Part shown: positions 18,931-27,877 of the stretch, piece after piece
Position numbering within the stretch: the first letter of the stretch is position 1
Layout of the letters: each line of letters opens with the position of its first letter
Source: a virus
Taxonomy: Duplodnaviria > Heunggongvirae > Uroviricota > Caudoviricetes
Strand: one strand, 5' to 3'
Length of the DNA: 37,471 nucleotides
IMG/VR virus record: IMGVR_UViG_2531839523_000005
The notes under the pieces: generated by a model
The model's database searches: none
Told to the model about the DNA's origin: nothing
The model's input: the letters and a program-made list of their open reading frames with translations, nothing else
Position numbers and translations under genes: made by a program

Positions 18931-18976
18931 CCTCATTCGCTGGCAATGATAAATCACCCGCCTGAAGAGAGAAAAC

Positions 18977-19435
18977 TCAGCGACGGGCCGCTGATTCAAG
19001 ATGGCGGACAATGGTATCGAGGATGGGGATTACCACTTCAAGCTGTAGTTCTCCATCCCCCGTCACCGGCAGGAACGGGCGGGCCGGAAGTTCAACAGAC
19101 TCATTACGCCCCGTTTTACCCCCGAACTGGTGAATGGCACCGTAAACAACGTTGGTCCCCACAACAGCCTGCCGGTCGTCATGGTCGGTTGATACTGACC
19201 CCATCAGACGCCCGGTATCCTGCAGTGTCTGCCCGTCACGTTCTTCCGCTGCCAGCGAGGGCATCCACCCCGGACGCCCCTCATCAAGAAAGTTAAACTG
19301 TGTTTCCGCCAGCAGGGTTCCGGCGATTTTGCGCATCGCGGGCTCCAGGTCTGTGGCAGCAAGATCCAGCGCACGGAGGCTCCGGCGCAGGGACTTATCG
19401 TTAATGGTGATACTGACCAGGTTATCGGAAGCCAT
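18977..19435 (-). CDS. Virion morphogenesis protein (Mu G-like)
   Basis: 152 aa; synteny. Confidence 0.65.
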   Translation of the reverse strand: MASDNLVSITINDKSLRRSLRALDLAATDLEPAMRKIAGTLLAETQFNFLDEGRPGWMPSLAAEERDGQTLQDTGRLMGSVSTDHDDRQAVVGTNVVYGAIHQFGGKTGRNESVELPARPFLPVTGDGELQLEVVIPILDTIVRHLESAARR

Positions 19436-19437
19436 TG

Positions 19438-20259
19438 TTATCCTCTCAGTTCCTGTTGTGCCAGTGGCTGAAGCGTACCCTGATAGCGGGCCAGGTCGGG
19501 ACGGTATGCTGCCCCCGGAGCATAAGACCAGCCGACGTCGGTGGTCACCTTCGTGGTGCCGGTATTAAAGGTGGCCACGTTCCGCATTTCGCCGGTTTTC
19601 TCTGAGACCAGTTTCAGTTCCTGGCCCATGGCAGAGCCGGAGCTGATAACCTTCAGGCCACGGGCACGTACATCCGCCGCACTCAGGGCAATCACACTAC
19701 AGCGGCAGCGCCAGCCGTTCGGCGGGTAAAATGCCTGCCAGAACGGGTCATCCCAGCGCAGCACCAGACCATGCAGCGCCAGATGGCTCCTGCGGGTATG
19801 GCTGTCGTTGATGCCGGTATACATCCAGTACGGCCTGTCGTCGACGTTTTCCATCTGTTCCGCCCAACGACCGGCGCTGTAGAGTACGGACATATTGGTG
19901 CGAAAGATGGTATCGAGCCGCCACGGACTGCCCTGCTGAATGGTGACCGGCTCACCCGTTACCGGGTCAGTCGTGTCACGTGGTCCCCACCATCCCTTAC
20001 GCTTCAGCACCGGCTCCAGCTCCTGCCGGAACCAGCGATCGGTTTTTCCTTCATCGACAGCCTGCTGCAGTGCCCCGCGAATATCTTCCAGGATATCCAG
20101 GCGGGTCACTTTAGCAACGGTAAAGGCGTGGGCATGGGCCTCCTGCCACATTTCTTCCCAGTCCCAGGTAATCTGATATCCTTTGGACTTCAGGTAGTTG
20201 ATTGCCCGCTTCGGGGGAAGCGTCATGCAGTACGCCAGTTCAGCCGTTGTCACGCTCAT
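19438..20259 (-). CDS. Head morphogenesis protein (Mu F-like)
   Basis: Start taken at Met 20259 (MSVTTAELAY…); track ORF extends to 20286. Confidence 0.75.
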   Translation of the reverse strand: MSVTTAELAYCMTLPPKRAINYLKSKGYQITWDWEEMWQEAHAHAFTVAKVTRLDILEDIRGALQQAVDEGKTDRWFRQELEPVLKRKGWWGPRDTTDPVTGEPVTIQQGSPWRLDTIFRTNMSVLYSAGRWAEQMENVDDRPYWMYTGINDSHTRRSHLALHGLVLRWDDPFWQAFYPPNGWRCRCSVIALSAADVRARGLKVISSGSAMGQELKLVSEKTGEMRNVATFNTGTTKVTTDVGWSYAPGAAYRPDLARYQGTLQPLAQQELRG

Positions 20260-21736
20260 GCAGACGCCCCCAGATATTTGCCACAAAGAGAATGCGGGCC
20301 AGCCGCTCCTGCAGATCGTCCGTGTTCATCTGAGGGTAGAGCTCCGCCAGTTCGCCCAGCAGCTCAGACGGGTTAACCCCGTTTTCGACCCGCCTGAACA
20401 GAGGTGCCAGGACGGGTTCCAGCGTGCCATTTAACGCGCCTCCGTTCATCAGAATGTCCAGCGCGTCGTCAAGCTGCTGCTGAGCCTGAATATCAGCATC
20501 AATCGCCTCGGCAAATGACAGCGGCAGCATGTTATTCTGGCGTTCCGACGGTGGTGTCTCGTCAATATCGCCGTCCTGCAGTTGGTACTCACGCTTGAAG
20601 TACTGCGGGGTCAGACGCAGACCCGCCCGGGTGAGTTTTTCGTCGCGGGTGGCACGGGTGTCATCAATGGCCTCCTGTTCCCACATGGCCCAGACCGGAC
20701 ACGGCACATCGCCGAAGTTCAGGGTGACCACCGTTCTGATGACCTGATTCACTGCCGCCTGAATGATGTCCGCATCCGCATCGCGGATATCAGCCGTTAC
20801 CTCCAGCCCGGCCTGTGCAGAGGCCTTGTTACTGTTCGCTTCCGTGGTCTGATTCTGACCGAGTAATGCAATGGAGATCTTACTGCGTGACAGTGTGATC
20901 AGCTCGCGAAATACCTCGCTGCTGTCTGCCTTGCCATCCGCTGCCCTGAGCTCAATACTGCTGTCATCGGGGATGGCGGCCACCGCTTCCTCCACCATCT
21001 GCTCCATGGAGTCCAGCAGTTTTTCAATCTCTGCATCATTTGCGCCCCTCGGGTGCTTACCGATCACCCACGGGGAGCCAAACTTTTCGGCAAAGCGGAG
21101 CCAGAATTTCATCCCGCCTTTCTTGAAGGCGACCGGCCAGAAGCACATGGACAGGTCCGGGAAACCGTAAGGATTGTCATACGAGGCATCCTGTGCCGGC
21201 ACCACGAATTTTGACGGTGACAGCAGCTCACCCTCCACACCCGCATCACGCGCCCGAAAGCGCAGGCAGTTGTCCGTATCAAACTGAAACCACTCAGGCG
21301 GTTTGCCGACAATATCCGTCACCGCCCACGACCTGACCGAACGGCCCCACATGATTTCACAGGGCTGATACCCGTAGAGCACGGCATCGCTCATTTCACC
21401 GATGATGCGGGACAGATCCAGATCGTCGAGCATGTCGCGGATGAAACGGAAGACCCGGGCAGAGGCGTGACCACGCTCCAGTCCACGCTCCAGCGATTTG
21501 AGCGCTGCTTTACGTCTGCGGATACAGCCCCCGACCAGCGGGTCGGTGCGCAGTTCGCGGTAGATACGGATATCCCGTCCCTGAGCCTTGAGAATGGGAT
21601 CAGGATTGGGCAGATACATGCCCAGTCCGTAAAAGTCGATCGCGCGGCTGCGGGAGGCAATCTGCGCGGTCAGTGATTTCTGAGGCTCAGAAAAAGCAAC
21701 AAATTCATCGGGTGAAACCCAGATACCCCTCGCCAT
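20240..21736 (-). CDS. Portal protein (Mu gp29-like)
   Basis: 498 aa; follows terminase large subunit. Confidence 0.85.
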   Translation of the reverse strand: MARGIWVSPDEFVAFSEPQKSLTAQIASRSRAIDFYGLGMYLPNPDPILKAQGRDIRIYRELRTDPLVGGCIRRRKAALKSLERGLERGHASARVFRFIRDMLDDLDLSRIIGEMSDAVLYGYQPCEIMWGRSVRSWAVTDIVGKPPEWFQFDTDNCLRFRARDAGVEGELLSPSKFVVPAQDASYDNPYGFPDLSMCFWPVAFKKGGMKFWLRFAEKFGSPWVIGKHPRGANDAEIEKLLDSMEQMVEEAVAAIPDDSSIELRAADGKADSSEVFRELITLSRSKISIALLGQNQTTEANSNKASAQAGLEVTADIRDADADIIQAAVNQVIRTVVTLNFGDVPCPVWAMWEQEAIDDTRATRDEKLTRAGLRLTPQYFKREYQLQDGDIDETPPSERQNNMLPLSFAEAIDADIQAQQQLDDALDILMNGGALNGTLEPVLAPLFRRVENGVNPSELLGELAELYPQMNTDDLQERLARILFVANIWGRLHERDNG

Positions 21737-23331
21737 CAGAATCCCCCCAGCATACGGGCCGCCTGACGACGACGGCGTGAGCTTGCCTTCACCGGCCCTT
21801 TGTTAATTTCACGGCTGGCGAAATACGCCAGCGCCAGTGCGATGGCTGAATCCCCGTGGCGTTTACCACCGTCAGCCTTTGCTTTTGAGCGTTGCTCCGG
21901 TACGCGGGGGACACCGTTCACCACCTGAACGGCCCGCAGGTCATCCAGTGTGTCTTCATCCTTTGGTAAGTCCACCAGGTTGCCGTCTTCCAGTGCAGCT
22001 TTGACCGGAGGCATATGCTCCCGGTACCAGCCTTCGGTTGGCATCACCTGCTGAACCCGGCCGGAGCCGTAGCGCTGCATGGCGTATTCAGCCAGATAGG
22101 CACCATTACCACGGGCATCAAACGCTGCACCCAGCAGACCGGGCAGGCCATCCATCAGATACCAGGTGATTTGCTCCTGCTGTCTGAACGGCACGTTACG
22201 CAGCTCCAGTACGAATGGCACGCGTCGTACCAGGTTCTTCTCCTGCAGCAGGGGATAGTCCACCGACAAATCACCGCTACGGCCAAAGTCGCGCCCCAGG
22301 AAAGAGCGGGCATCAGTGGGGAGTGCCTCCAGCAATGGTTTCAGATACTCATCAAGCCAGTCCTGCGTCTCGCGGAAGCGAACCTCATCAGACAGCAGTT
22401 CATAACCTTCCTTGCAGGTCAGACGCAATACCGGCGTATCAGCGGACATGCGGGACTCTATCAGGGCACGGGACAGCCAGGCACCGCCACCGTTGGCCGG
22501 AATACAGTCAAGCTCTTCGGATGCGCCGGCACCGTAGAATTTGTACACCGATGCCATCCAGGCCTGCTCGGATGCCTCCGACCATTCCTTCCCGGTGCGC
22601 AGACAGACGCGCCGGAACAGCCCCTCAGATACGGCTTCCCGGAAAGTGATGCGATGTATGCTGCCTCCCTGACGTCCGGCACGGATATCCCCGATAAGCG
22701 TATTGAACGGATTGTCGTCACCGTCATGGGTGGAGATAACGCGTACCTTTCCCCCCCAGATAAGCATCGCCAGCGCCGCTTTCAGCAGTTCGTCCAGTTG
22801 CTCATGGAACGCCGCTTCGTCGATAACAATAATACCCTGACGGCCACGCAGGTTAGACGGGCGGCTGGAGAGCGCAACAATACGAAAGCCGGAGTCAGGA
22901 AATTTGATGGTGTAAGTCTTGATGTGTTTGTCGTCGTCGTCCTCTTCCCAGAATCCTTCTTCAATTTCACTGGCCGCATAGTTGAATGCCCGTGCCCACA
23001 TCGCACACGCCTGAATGTATTCGACGGTCATGTCCTGGTTATAAGCGATGTAATACACATTCATCCCGCCTGCTGGCGCAGAAGAGGCGGCGGTCAGTAC
23101 GTTATCGGATGCCTCAGCCCATGTAATACCGGTACGACGGCTCTTTTCTATCACCTTAAGCGGAGAGGTGTCTGCCACCCAGCGCTGCTGGTAAGGCAAC
23201 AGAACGGGAGGGGCATCCAGCGCCGAGGTATCAGGCAAAACGGGAGCAAGGTTATTCCTCCCGTCCATGGGACTCATCCCTTCGGGGCCGCCGCCAGCGG
23301 CGTTTAAAATCACTCCGGATGATTTTGTCAT
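21736..23331 (-). CDS. Terminase large subunit (Mu gp28-like)
   Basis: 531 aa; conserved position. Confidence 0.85.
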   Translation of the reverse strand: MTKSSGVILNAAGGGPEGMSPMDGRNNLAPVLPDTSALDAPPVLLPYQQRWVADTSPLKVIEKSRRTGITWAEASDNVLTAASSAPAGGMNVYYIAYNQDMTVEYIQACAMWARAFNYAASEIEEGFWEEDDDDKHIKTYTIKFPDSGFRIVALSSRPSNLRGRQGIIVIDEAAFHEQLDELLKAALAMLIWGGKVRVISTHDGDDNPFNTLIGDIRAGRQGGSIHRITFREAVSEGLFRRVCLRTGKEWSEASEQAWMASVYKFYGAGASEELDCIPANGGGAWLSRALIESRMSADTPVLRLTCKEGYELLSDEVRFRETQDWLDEYLKPLLEALPTDARSFLGRDFGRSGDLSVDYPLLQEKNLVRRVPFVLELRNVPFRQQEQITWYLMDGLPGLLGAAFDARGNGAYLAEYAMQRYGSGRVQQVMPTEGWYREHMPPVKAALEDGNLVDLPKDEDTLDDLRAVQVVNGVPRVPEQRSKAKADGGKRHGDSAIALALAYFASREINKGPVKASSRRRRQAARMLGGF

Positions 23332-23873
23332 GTGGCAATCCCCAGAATCTCGCGACGAAGCGCCTGTACTGCGTCGCTTGACAGTCCCCCCTTACGGGCA
23401 ATTTTCTCGGCGTTGCTGGCTGCCTGCTGCGCTCTGGCCCGTACTTCAGACTGGAACTTTTTGAGGTTGACGGACGCGCGGGACAGCGTAGCCACATTCT
23501 TCGCCACCTTCGACAGCAGGGCCACGCGTTCTTTAGGATCGACTTCGCCTTCTTCCGCCTCCTGCAACTGGACAATACTCTCGAACAGCTCGGTCTGAAT
23601 AAGGGCTATCACAGCCTCCGAACGCGCATCCTGATCGTCTGCTGCGCCTTCGGTCAGCATGCGGGCCGCTTCTGTTGCCGCACGGATAGCACCATAGCGG
23701 CGCTCAATCTTCTGTCCATAGCGATGGATAGCGGATTTGCTGATGACGTACCCCCGCTCACGCAACAGGGACTCCAGCTCGTTATACCCGCTGAAGCCGG
23801 ATTCAGTCAGCGCCCGTTCAAGCCAGCGGCGCACGTCTTCCGGCAGCTTTTCTATTGTGCTGCGTCTGGCCAT
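23328..23873 (-). CDS. Terminase small subunit-like protein (Mu gp27-like)
   Basis: 181 aa; N-terminal HTH-like segment; directly upstream of large terminase. Confidence 0.65.
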   Translation of the reverse strand: MARRSTIEKLPEDVRRWLERALTESGFSGYNELESLLRERGYVISKSAIHRYGQKIERRYGAIRAATEAARMLTEGAADDQDARSEAVIALIQTELFESIVQLQEAEEGEVDPKERVALLSKVAKNVATLSRASVNLKKFQSEVRARAQQAASNAEKIARKGGLSSDAVQALRREILGIAT

Positions 23874-24184
23874 TATTCACTCCAGTACTTTTCCGGGCGG
23901 GCAATACCCGGACCACATTCCACGGTGTATTCCACCAGGTCTACGCCGAGGCGGGTCAGGTCAGCAAACCAGTCGCCAGAAGGTTTTTTCTCCAGCTCAA
24001 CCATTTTACGGTCAGCCAGATAATCCAGTTCGCGGCGCAGTTCCAGCGGTGTGGTGTCCGGGTAGATGGCACGGGACACATCCAGCAGCAGCGTCTCGCT
24101 GGCGGTGTAAGGGCGGGTCTTGTTCAGGGCAACCAGCAGACTCCAGCGCAGGGATTCGCGGCGTACCCGGGTAATATCGACCAT
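23873..24184 (-). CDS. Hypothetical protein (Mu gp26 position)
   Basis: 103 aa. Confidence 0.5.
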   Translation of the reverse strand: MVDITRVRRESLRWSLLVALNKTRPYTASETLLLDVSRAIYPDTTPLELRRELDYLADRKMVELEKKPSGDWFADLTRLGVDLVEYTVECGPGIARPEKYWSE

Positions 24185-24510
24185 TATTGACCTCCGGTAT
24201 TGCGGTACTGCTGTACCACTTCCAGTTTGTTATAAAGCGCGTCCAGTTTGGCCTCAATGACTGTCTGGCCACGGATATAATCCTCTCGACGGACATAATT
24301 CAGCGGTAAATCCGCTTTAAATCGCATAAATTCTTTTTCCAGCTCGCCCCAGTTGGAGGCGGATTGTTGCAGGGCCTGTTCAAGGGAGGCGAATCGTGCC
24401 GCCTGGCGTTCTTCTGTTTTACTGAACAACCATTTGGCGAGCCCTCCCACAAACCCCATGAAGGTGAGCAGAAAACTCACCACCGTCCAGAATTCAACCT
24501 GCAGTGTCAT
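24184..24510 (-). CDS. Small membrane protein downstream of spanins
   Basis: 108 aa; N-terminal hydrophobic helix. Confidence 0.5.
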   Translation of the reverse strand: MTLQVEFWTVVSFLLTFMGFVGGLAKWLFSKTEERQAARFASLEQALQQSASNWGELEKEFMRFKADLPLNYVRREDYIRGQTVIEAKLDALYNKLEVVQQYRNTGGQ

Positions 24511-25259
24511 TTCTGTAATCCTTCCCGTTCATCCAGCAGCGCGTTTATCTGGTTCCGCCAGCGACGACATTGCCATGCGTTGTCGATGATGTTGGCGAGA
24601 ACGTCACGCTGGGAGACACCCGAATCGCGTAACCGGGGGTCAGTGGTTTCAGGTTGCCCGGTCGCTGTGCCAGAGCGGGTGCCAGTGGCGGCAACTGAGT
24701 CTGAATGACCGGTGTCGACGGATGCGTTGTCATATCCGAGTGCGGCGTTGTACTGGCGCACGAAACCGCGAGTAAACACGCACTCAATGGGATGACTCTT
24801 ACCTTTTTCATCAATCCAGCGCTGTGTGACATCGTTAATTTGCCCCTGTAGTTGTTTGTTCCGGCTCTCCAGTTGAGCAATCTGCTCAAGATAACCGGCT
24901 TCAGCCCGCTGCCCGGCGGCCACCTGCTCCTGATACCGTCTGGCCCAGGCCCGCAGCGCAGCATTCTCAAGCGTTGCCTGCTCCGTTTTGTACGCGTCAA
25001 ATGCTGACTGCAACTGACTTAGCGCGGTATCACCGTCACGCTTTGCAGAGTCATGACCACTTCTGTATCCCATGGCATACAGGCCGACCAGAAAGGCATT
25101 GATAAGAATGGCCAGCAGAATGCCGCGCCACGGCAGCTTTTTAACCAGATGCCACACAACTGCTGCCTCCCCATGTGAGATATCGCGGTGCCAGTTCGTG
25201 CAGGATGCGCTGCGGATAATGGCGGTTCTCCCGCCAGCTGGCCGCATTGCGTCCGGCAT
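24507..25259 (-). CDS. i-spanin (Rz-like); true start probably downstream, near the TM segment
   Basis: TM helix ILLAILINAFLVGLY then coiled-coil; candidate GTG start 25157 with GGGGAGG upstream. Confidence 0.6.
   Translation of the reverse strand: MPDAMRPAGGRTAIIRSASCTNWHRDISHGEAAVVWHLVKKLPWRGILLAILINAFLVGLYAMGYRSGHDSAKRDGDTALSQLQSAFDAYKTEQATLENAALRAWARRYQEQVAAGQRAEAGYLEQIAQLESRNKQLQGQINDVTQRWIDEKGKSHPIECVFTRGFVRQYNAALGYDNASVDTGHSDSVAATGTRSGTATGQPETTDPRLRDSGVSQRDVLANIIDNAWQCRRWRNQINALLDEREGLQK
24545..24811 (-). CDS. o-spanin (Rz1-like lipoprotein) embedded out of frame in the i-spanin gene
   Basis: MKKVRVIPLSACLLAVSC lipobox, Pro-rich mature part; start at internal Met 24811. Confidence 0.6.
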   Translation of the reverse strand: MKKVRVIPLSACLLAVSCASTTPHSDMTTHPSTPVIQTQLPPLAPALAQRPGNLKPLTPGYAIRVSPSVTFSPTSSTTHGNVVAGGTR

Positions 25260-25881
25260 TCACCGTGGCGACATGTCCGAACCAGCGGGTGCTGTCCAGA
25301 CCTTTCTGTGATGCAAGCCGCCTGTCCCGTTGTACCCAGCCCAGACCACCGTTATAGCCCGACAGTGTCATGGCCATACGCTCGCAGTCACTGGCGGCGC
25401 TGACACGCTGCCACAGCCAGCGGTCATAGCTGACCAGCGCCCGGATAGCCCATGCCGGATTAAACGGCTCACGACTGCTCAGCATCGGTATCAACTGGCT
25501 TATCCAGTCGGCAGTGGCAGGCATGAACTGCGCCAGTCCCTGAGCGCCAGCCGGCGAGATCGCATCAGGTCGCCAGCCGCTTTCCTGATGCAGTTGCGCG
25601 GCGAAATCGGCCACCGGCGCAGACAGTCCCCATTCAAGCCGGGCATTACGGATCACATCATCGCGATACTGCAGCGCAGCCTGCGGAGGTTGTGCTGCGC
25701 ATGCCTGGCTGAAAAAGCCGCCACACCAGAGCAACATTGCGACAAAGAATACCCATGCCATATGAACCAGAAAGGTCCCGGCGCGGACTGACAGGCGTTC
25801 GGTTCTGATGAAGACCCGAAAGGCTTCGAAAGCCAGTTTCAGGGACATGCATACAATCCAGGTGATCTGCGGCCAGTTCAT
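25141..25881 (-). CDS. Endolysin, lytic transglycosylase (SLT domain), possible signal-anchor type
   Basis: GLAQFMPATA SLT motif; hydrophobic segment MAWVFFVAMLLWCGGFF; start abuts holin stop. Confidence 0.8.
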   Translation of the reverse strand: MNWPQITWIVCMSLKLAFEAFRVFIRTERLSVRAGTFLVHMAWVFFVAMLLWCGGFFSQACAAQPPQAALQYRDDVIRNARLEWGLSAPVADFAAQLHQESGWRPDAISPAGAQGLAQFMPATADWISQLIPMLSSREPFNPAWAIRALVSYDRWLWQRVSAASDCERMAMTLSGYNGGLGWVQRDRRLASQKGLDSTRWFGHVATVNAGRNAASWRENRHYPQRILHELAPRYLTWGGSSCVASG

Positions 25882-25883
25882 GA

Positions 25884-26234
25884 TTAAAGCCCCATCGCAA
25901 CAGCCAGGCAGACCGCTGCAACAATCAGTGCACGGCGGATTAACGCAGCAGAAAACACCAGGTGAAGGCCGGTCTGTACCGGGAAACGCCCTTCAGCCAT
26001 CAGCCTGTCGTCATGTTTCAGGTACTGACCGGGACGGGCTTTGGGGAAGAGCGAACGGTCAAGCCAGTAACCCAGCACTGCTGCCAGCGTGATGAGTGCC
26101 AGCTTGTAGATCACAACAGGCAGCTGCTGTGGTGAGACCAGAGCGATGGTGCCCAGCAACAGCACTGAGGTCAGCAGCCAGCCGCTGAGGCGAGGTTTTT
26201 TAACAGGGGGAATGAATTTTTTCAGGTTTTTCAT
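25884..26234 (-). CDS. Putative holin, first gene of the lysis/late operon
   Basis: Start MKNLKKF at 26234 with AAGGAGA RBS; three predicted TM helices. Confidence 0.55.
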   Translation of the reverse strand: MKNLKKFIPPVKKPRLSGWLLTSVLLLGTIALVSPQQLPVVIYKLALITLAAVLGYWLDRSLFPKARPGQYLKHDDRLMAEGRFPVQTGLHLVFSAALIRRALIVAAVCLAVAMGL

Positions 26235-26364
26235 GTGTGTCTCCTTATCTGGTGGAGACAGCATCACAAATACAGGGCGCGAAGGATTTTAAAGCGCGTT
26301 AAGAGAGCCGGGGATACGGGATGTGCAGGATAAACGATGAATTATTCACAGAGGAGAATACGAT

Positions 26365-27093
26365 ATGACGCAGACACTGAATCCGGTCATCACTGTCACC
26401 GTGTCCGGTCCTGTGGGCAGCGGTAAAAGTTACGTACTGGCGCGAATAGAGGAAGTGGTGAAACAGGAATTCGGAAACAGCGTCATTGTCGACGCCGCAG
26501 ACGTGGACGGTGAGCGCCGTATGAGTGGGGATGATCTGAGCACATGGCAGAAACCACGGGCTGGCACAGTGATCAGGCTGGAGGAATACACGGGACAGGG
26601 CCTGTTGTCATACGGCGAGGAGCGTATCTGTCGGACGAATGAGCTGCTGGATGTTATATGCCCCACGGGCCGGCAACCCTGGATACTGCCCGATGCACTG
26701 CATGCCACCATTGCGGCACTGATGACAGTTTACGATCAGGAGCTGCTCATGAAGGAGTTACGTAAACTCACTGGTCAGTCAACAGAATGTTGTTCGTCCC
26801 CGAAGTACGGCAAACAGGAACACATCCCGATTAACCAGCCTCCCCGGTTCTTCGACGAATACCTTCTGACACCGGAAAATAAAGCTGAGCATGAAGAGAT
26901 CAAAGCGGCGTTGTTCCGGGAAATCAGGAAGATTGCTGAAATGCAACTGGAGGGCGGGCTGGACAGAGTGATGGCGAGAGGAGAATGGGCATCGCTGTTT
27001 GAAAGAGTTTCCCCGGAATTACTTCCCCTCGCACTGGCTATCGGGATTATGCAGACAGCGGATAAACCTCACTTACGTTCATTAAACACGTAA
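26365..27093 (+). CDS. P-loop NTPase-like protein of unknown function
   Basis: Walker A VSGPVGSGKSYV near N-terminus; GAGGAG RBS; opposite strand to late operon. Confidence 0.6.
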   Translation: MTQTLNPVITVTVSGPVGSGKSYVLARIEEVVKQEFGNSVIVDAADVDGERRMSGDDLSTWQKPRAGTVIRLEEYTGQGLLSYGEERICRTNELLDVICPTGRQPWILPDALHATIAALMTVYDQELLMKELRKLTGQSTECCSSPKYGKQEHIPINQPPRFFDEYLLTPENKAEHEEIKAALFREIRKIAEMQLEGGLDRVMARGEWASLFERVSPELLPLALAIGIMQTADKPHLRSLNT

Positions 27094-27473
27094 CGCATAA
27101 TCCGGGATACGCATTCAGCGATGACTGCATTTTCACCGGTTTTTACTGCATCCAGAAGTGACTCTTTAAATGGTACGGGCCGGGGCTGCAGAAAGGTCGG
27201 CATGGCATTGAGCAGACAGAGCGTTTTTTCCGTGAGGACGACATCAGCCGCTCCCACAGCCAGCAACTGAGAGTAACGAATATAGCTGTTATCCCGAAGC
27301 CATATCAGCGTATCAATAAAACACCGGCACTTTTTCTGGTCGTGATCAACCTGGTCCGGGATATCGAAAAAACCAGAATAAATCAAAACCTGAGGTGCCG
27401 GATGCGTGTTCAGTAATCGGCAGAATATTTTGCCGGTGAGTACATAAAAATCATCATTTAAGGAGTGCATCAT
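27069..27473 (-). CDS. Hypothetical protein, head-to-head with 27472-27687
   Basis: 134 aa; 3' end overlaps P-loop gene by 25 nt. Confidence 0.4.
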   Translation of the reverse strand: MMHSLNDDFYVLTGKIFCRLLNTHPAPQVLIYSGFFDIPDQVDHDQKKCRCFIDTLIWLRDNSYIRYSQLLAVGAADVVLTEKTLCLLNAMPTFLQPRPVPFKESLLDAVKTGENAVIAECVSRIMRYVFNERK

Positions 27474-27687
27474 GAATCCCCGATTAACGTTAACAGAACA
27501 TCAGCGCCGTGCTGAAGCAGTGAACAATGTTCTGGAAGATATTATCCGGTTATACCGCGGAGAACTGAGTGTCTGTCGTGCCGCTTTTCATTTTCAGGGA
27601 ATACAAAAGCAGTTTGATACTTCTGTTTTTGCAGAAGGTATTACTTATGCCCTGGACCGGATAAGGTCAGAAAATCGCCCCGGATAA
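27472..27687 (+). CDS. Hypothetical small protein
   Basis: 71 aa; strong AAGGAG RBS 6 nt upstream of ATG. Confidence 0.4.
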   Translation: MNPRLTLTEHQRRAEAVNNVLEDIIRLYRGELSVCRAAFHFQGIQKQFDTSVFAEGITYALDRIRSENRPG

Positions 27688-27742
27688 TCCCTAAACCACA
27701 TTAACAGAAATCCCGCCATCCCTGCCGCATCATGAAAGAACG

Positions 27743-27772
27743 ACCAGCCCGGCACCCGAAAGCCGGGCTGGT
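27743..27772. terminator. GC-rich stem-loop between the small ORF and the methyltransferase gene
   Basis: ACCAGCCCGGC-acccgaaa-GCCGGGCTGGT, perfect 11-bp stem; no clear T-tract on plus strand. Confidence 0.35.
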
Positions 27773-27877
27773 CATCGCCCCACAGGAATGCGCTGTGAGC
27801 CGACCAAGGTTCAGTCAGTCTCGCGAGACCTGACCAGACTGCCATATTTTTTAATAATTGTAAAAGGCTTACAGATT

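Noticed and set aside
22015-23307. Plus-strand 430-aa ORF
   Set aside because: Entirely antisense to the large terminase gene; composition typical of a GC-rich shadow ORF.
27645-27845. Minus-strand 66-aa ORF
   Set aside because: Spans the GC-rich stem-loop at 27743-27772 and an intergenic region; likely non-coding.
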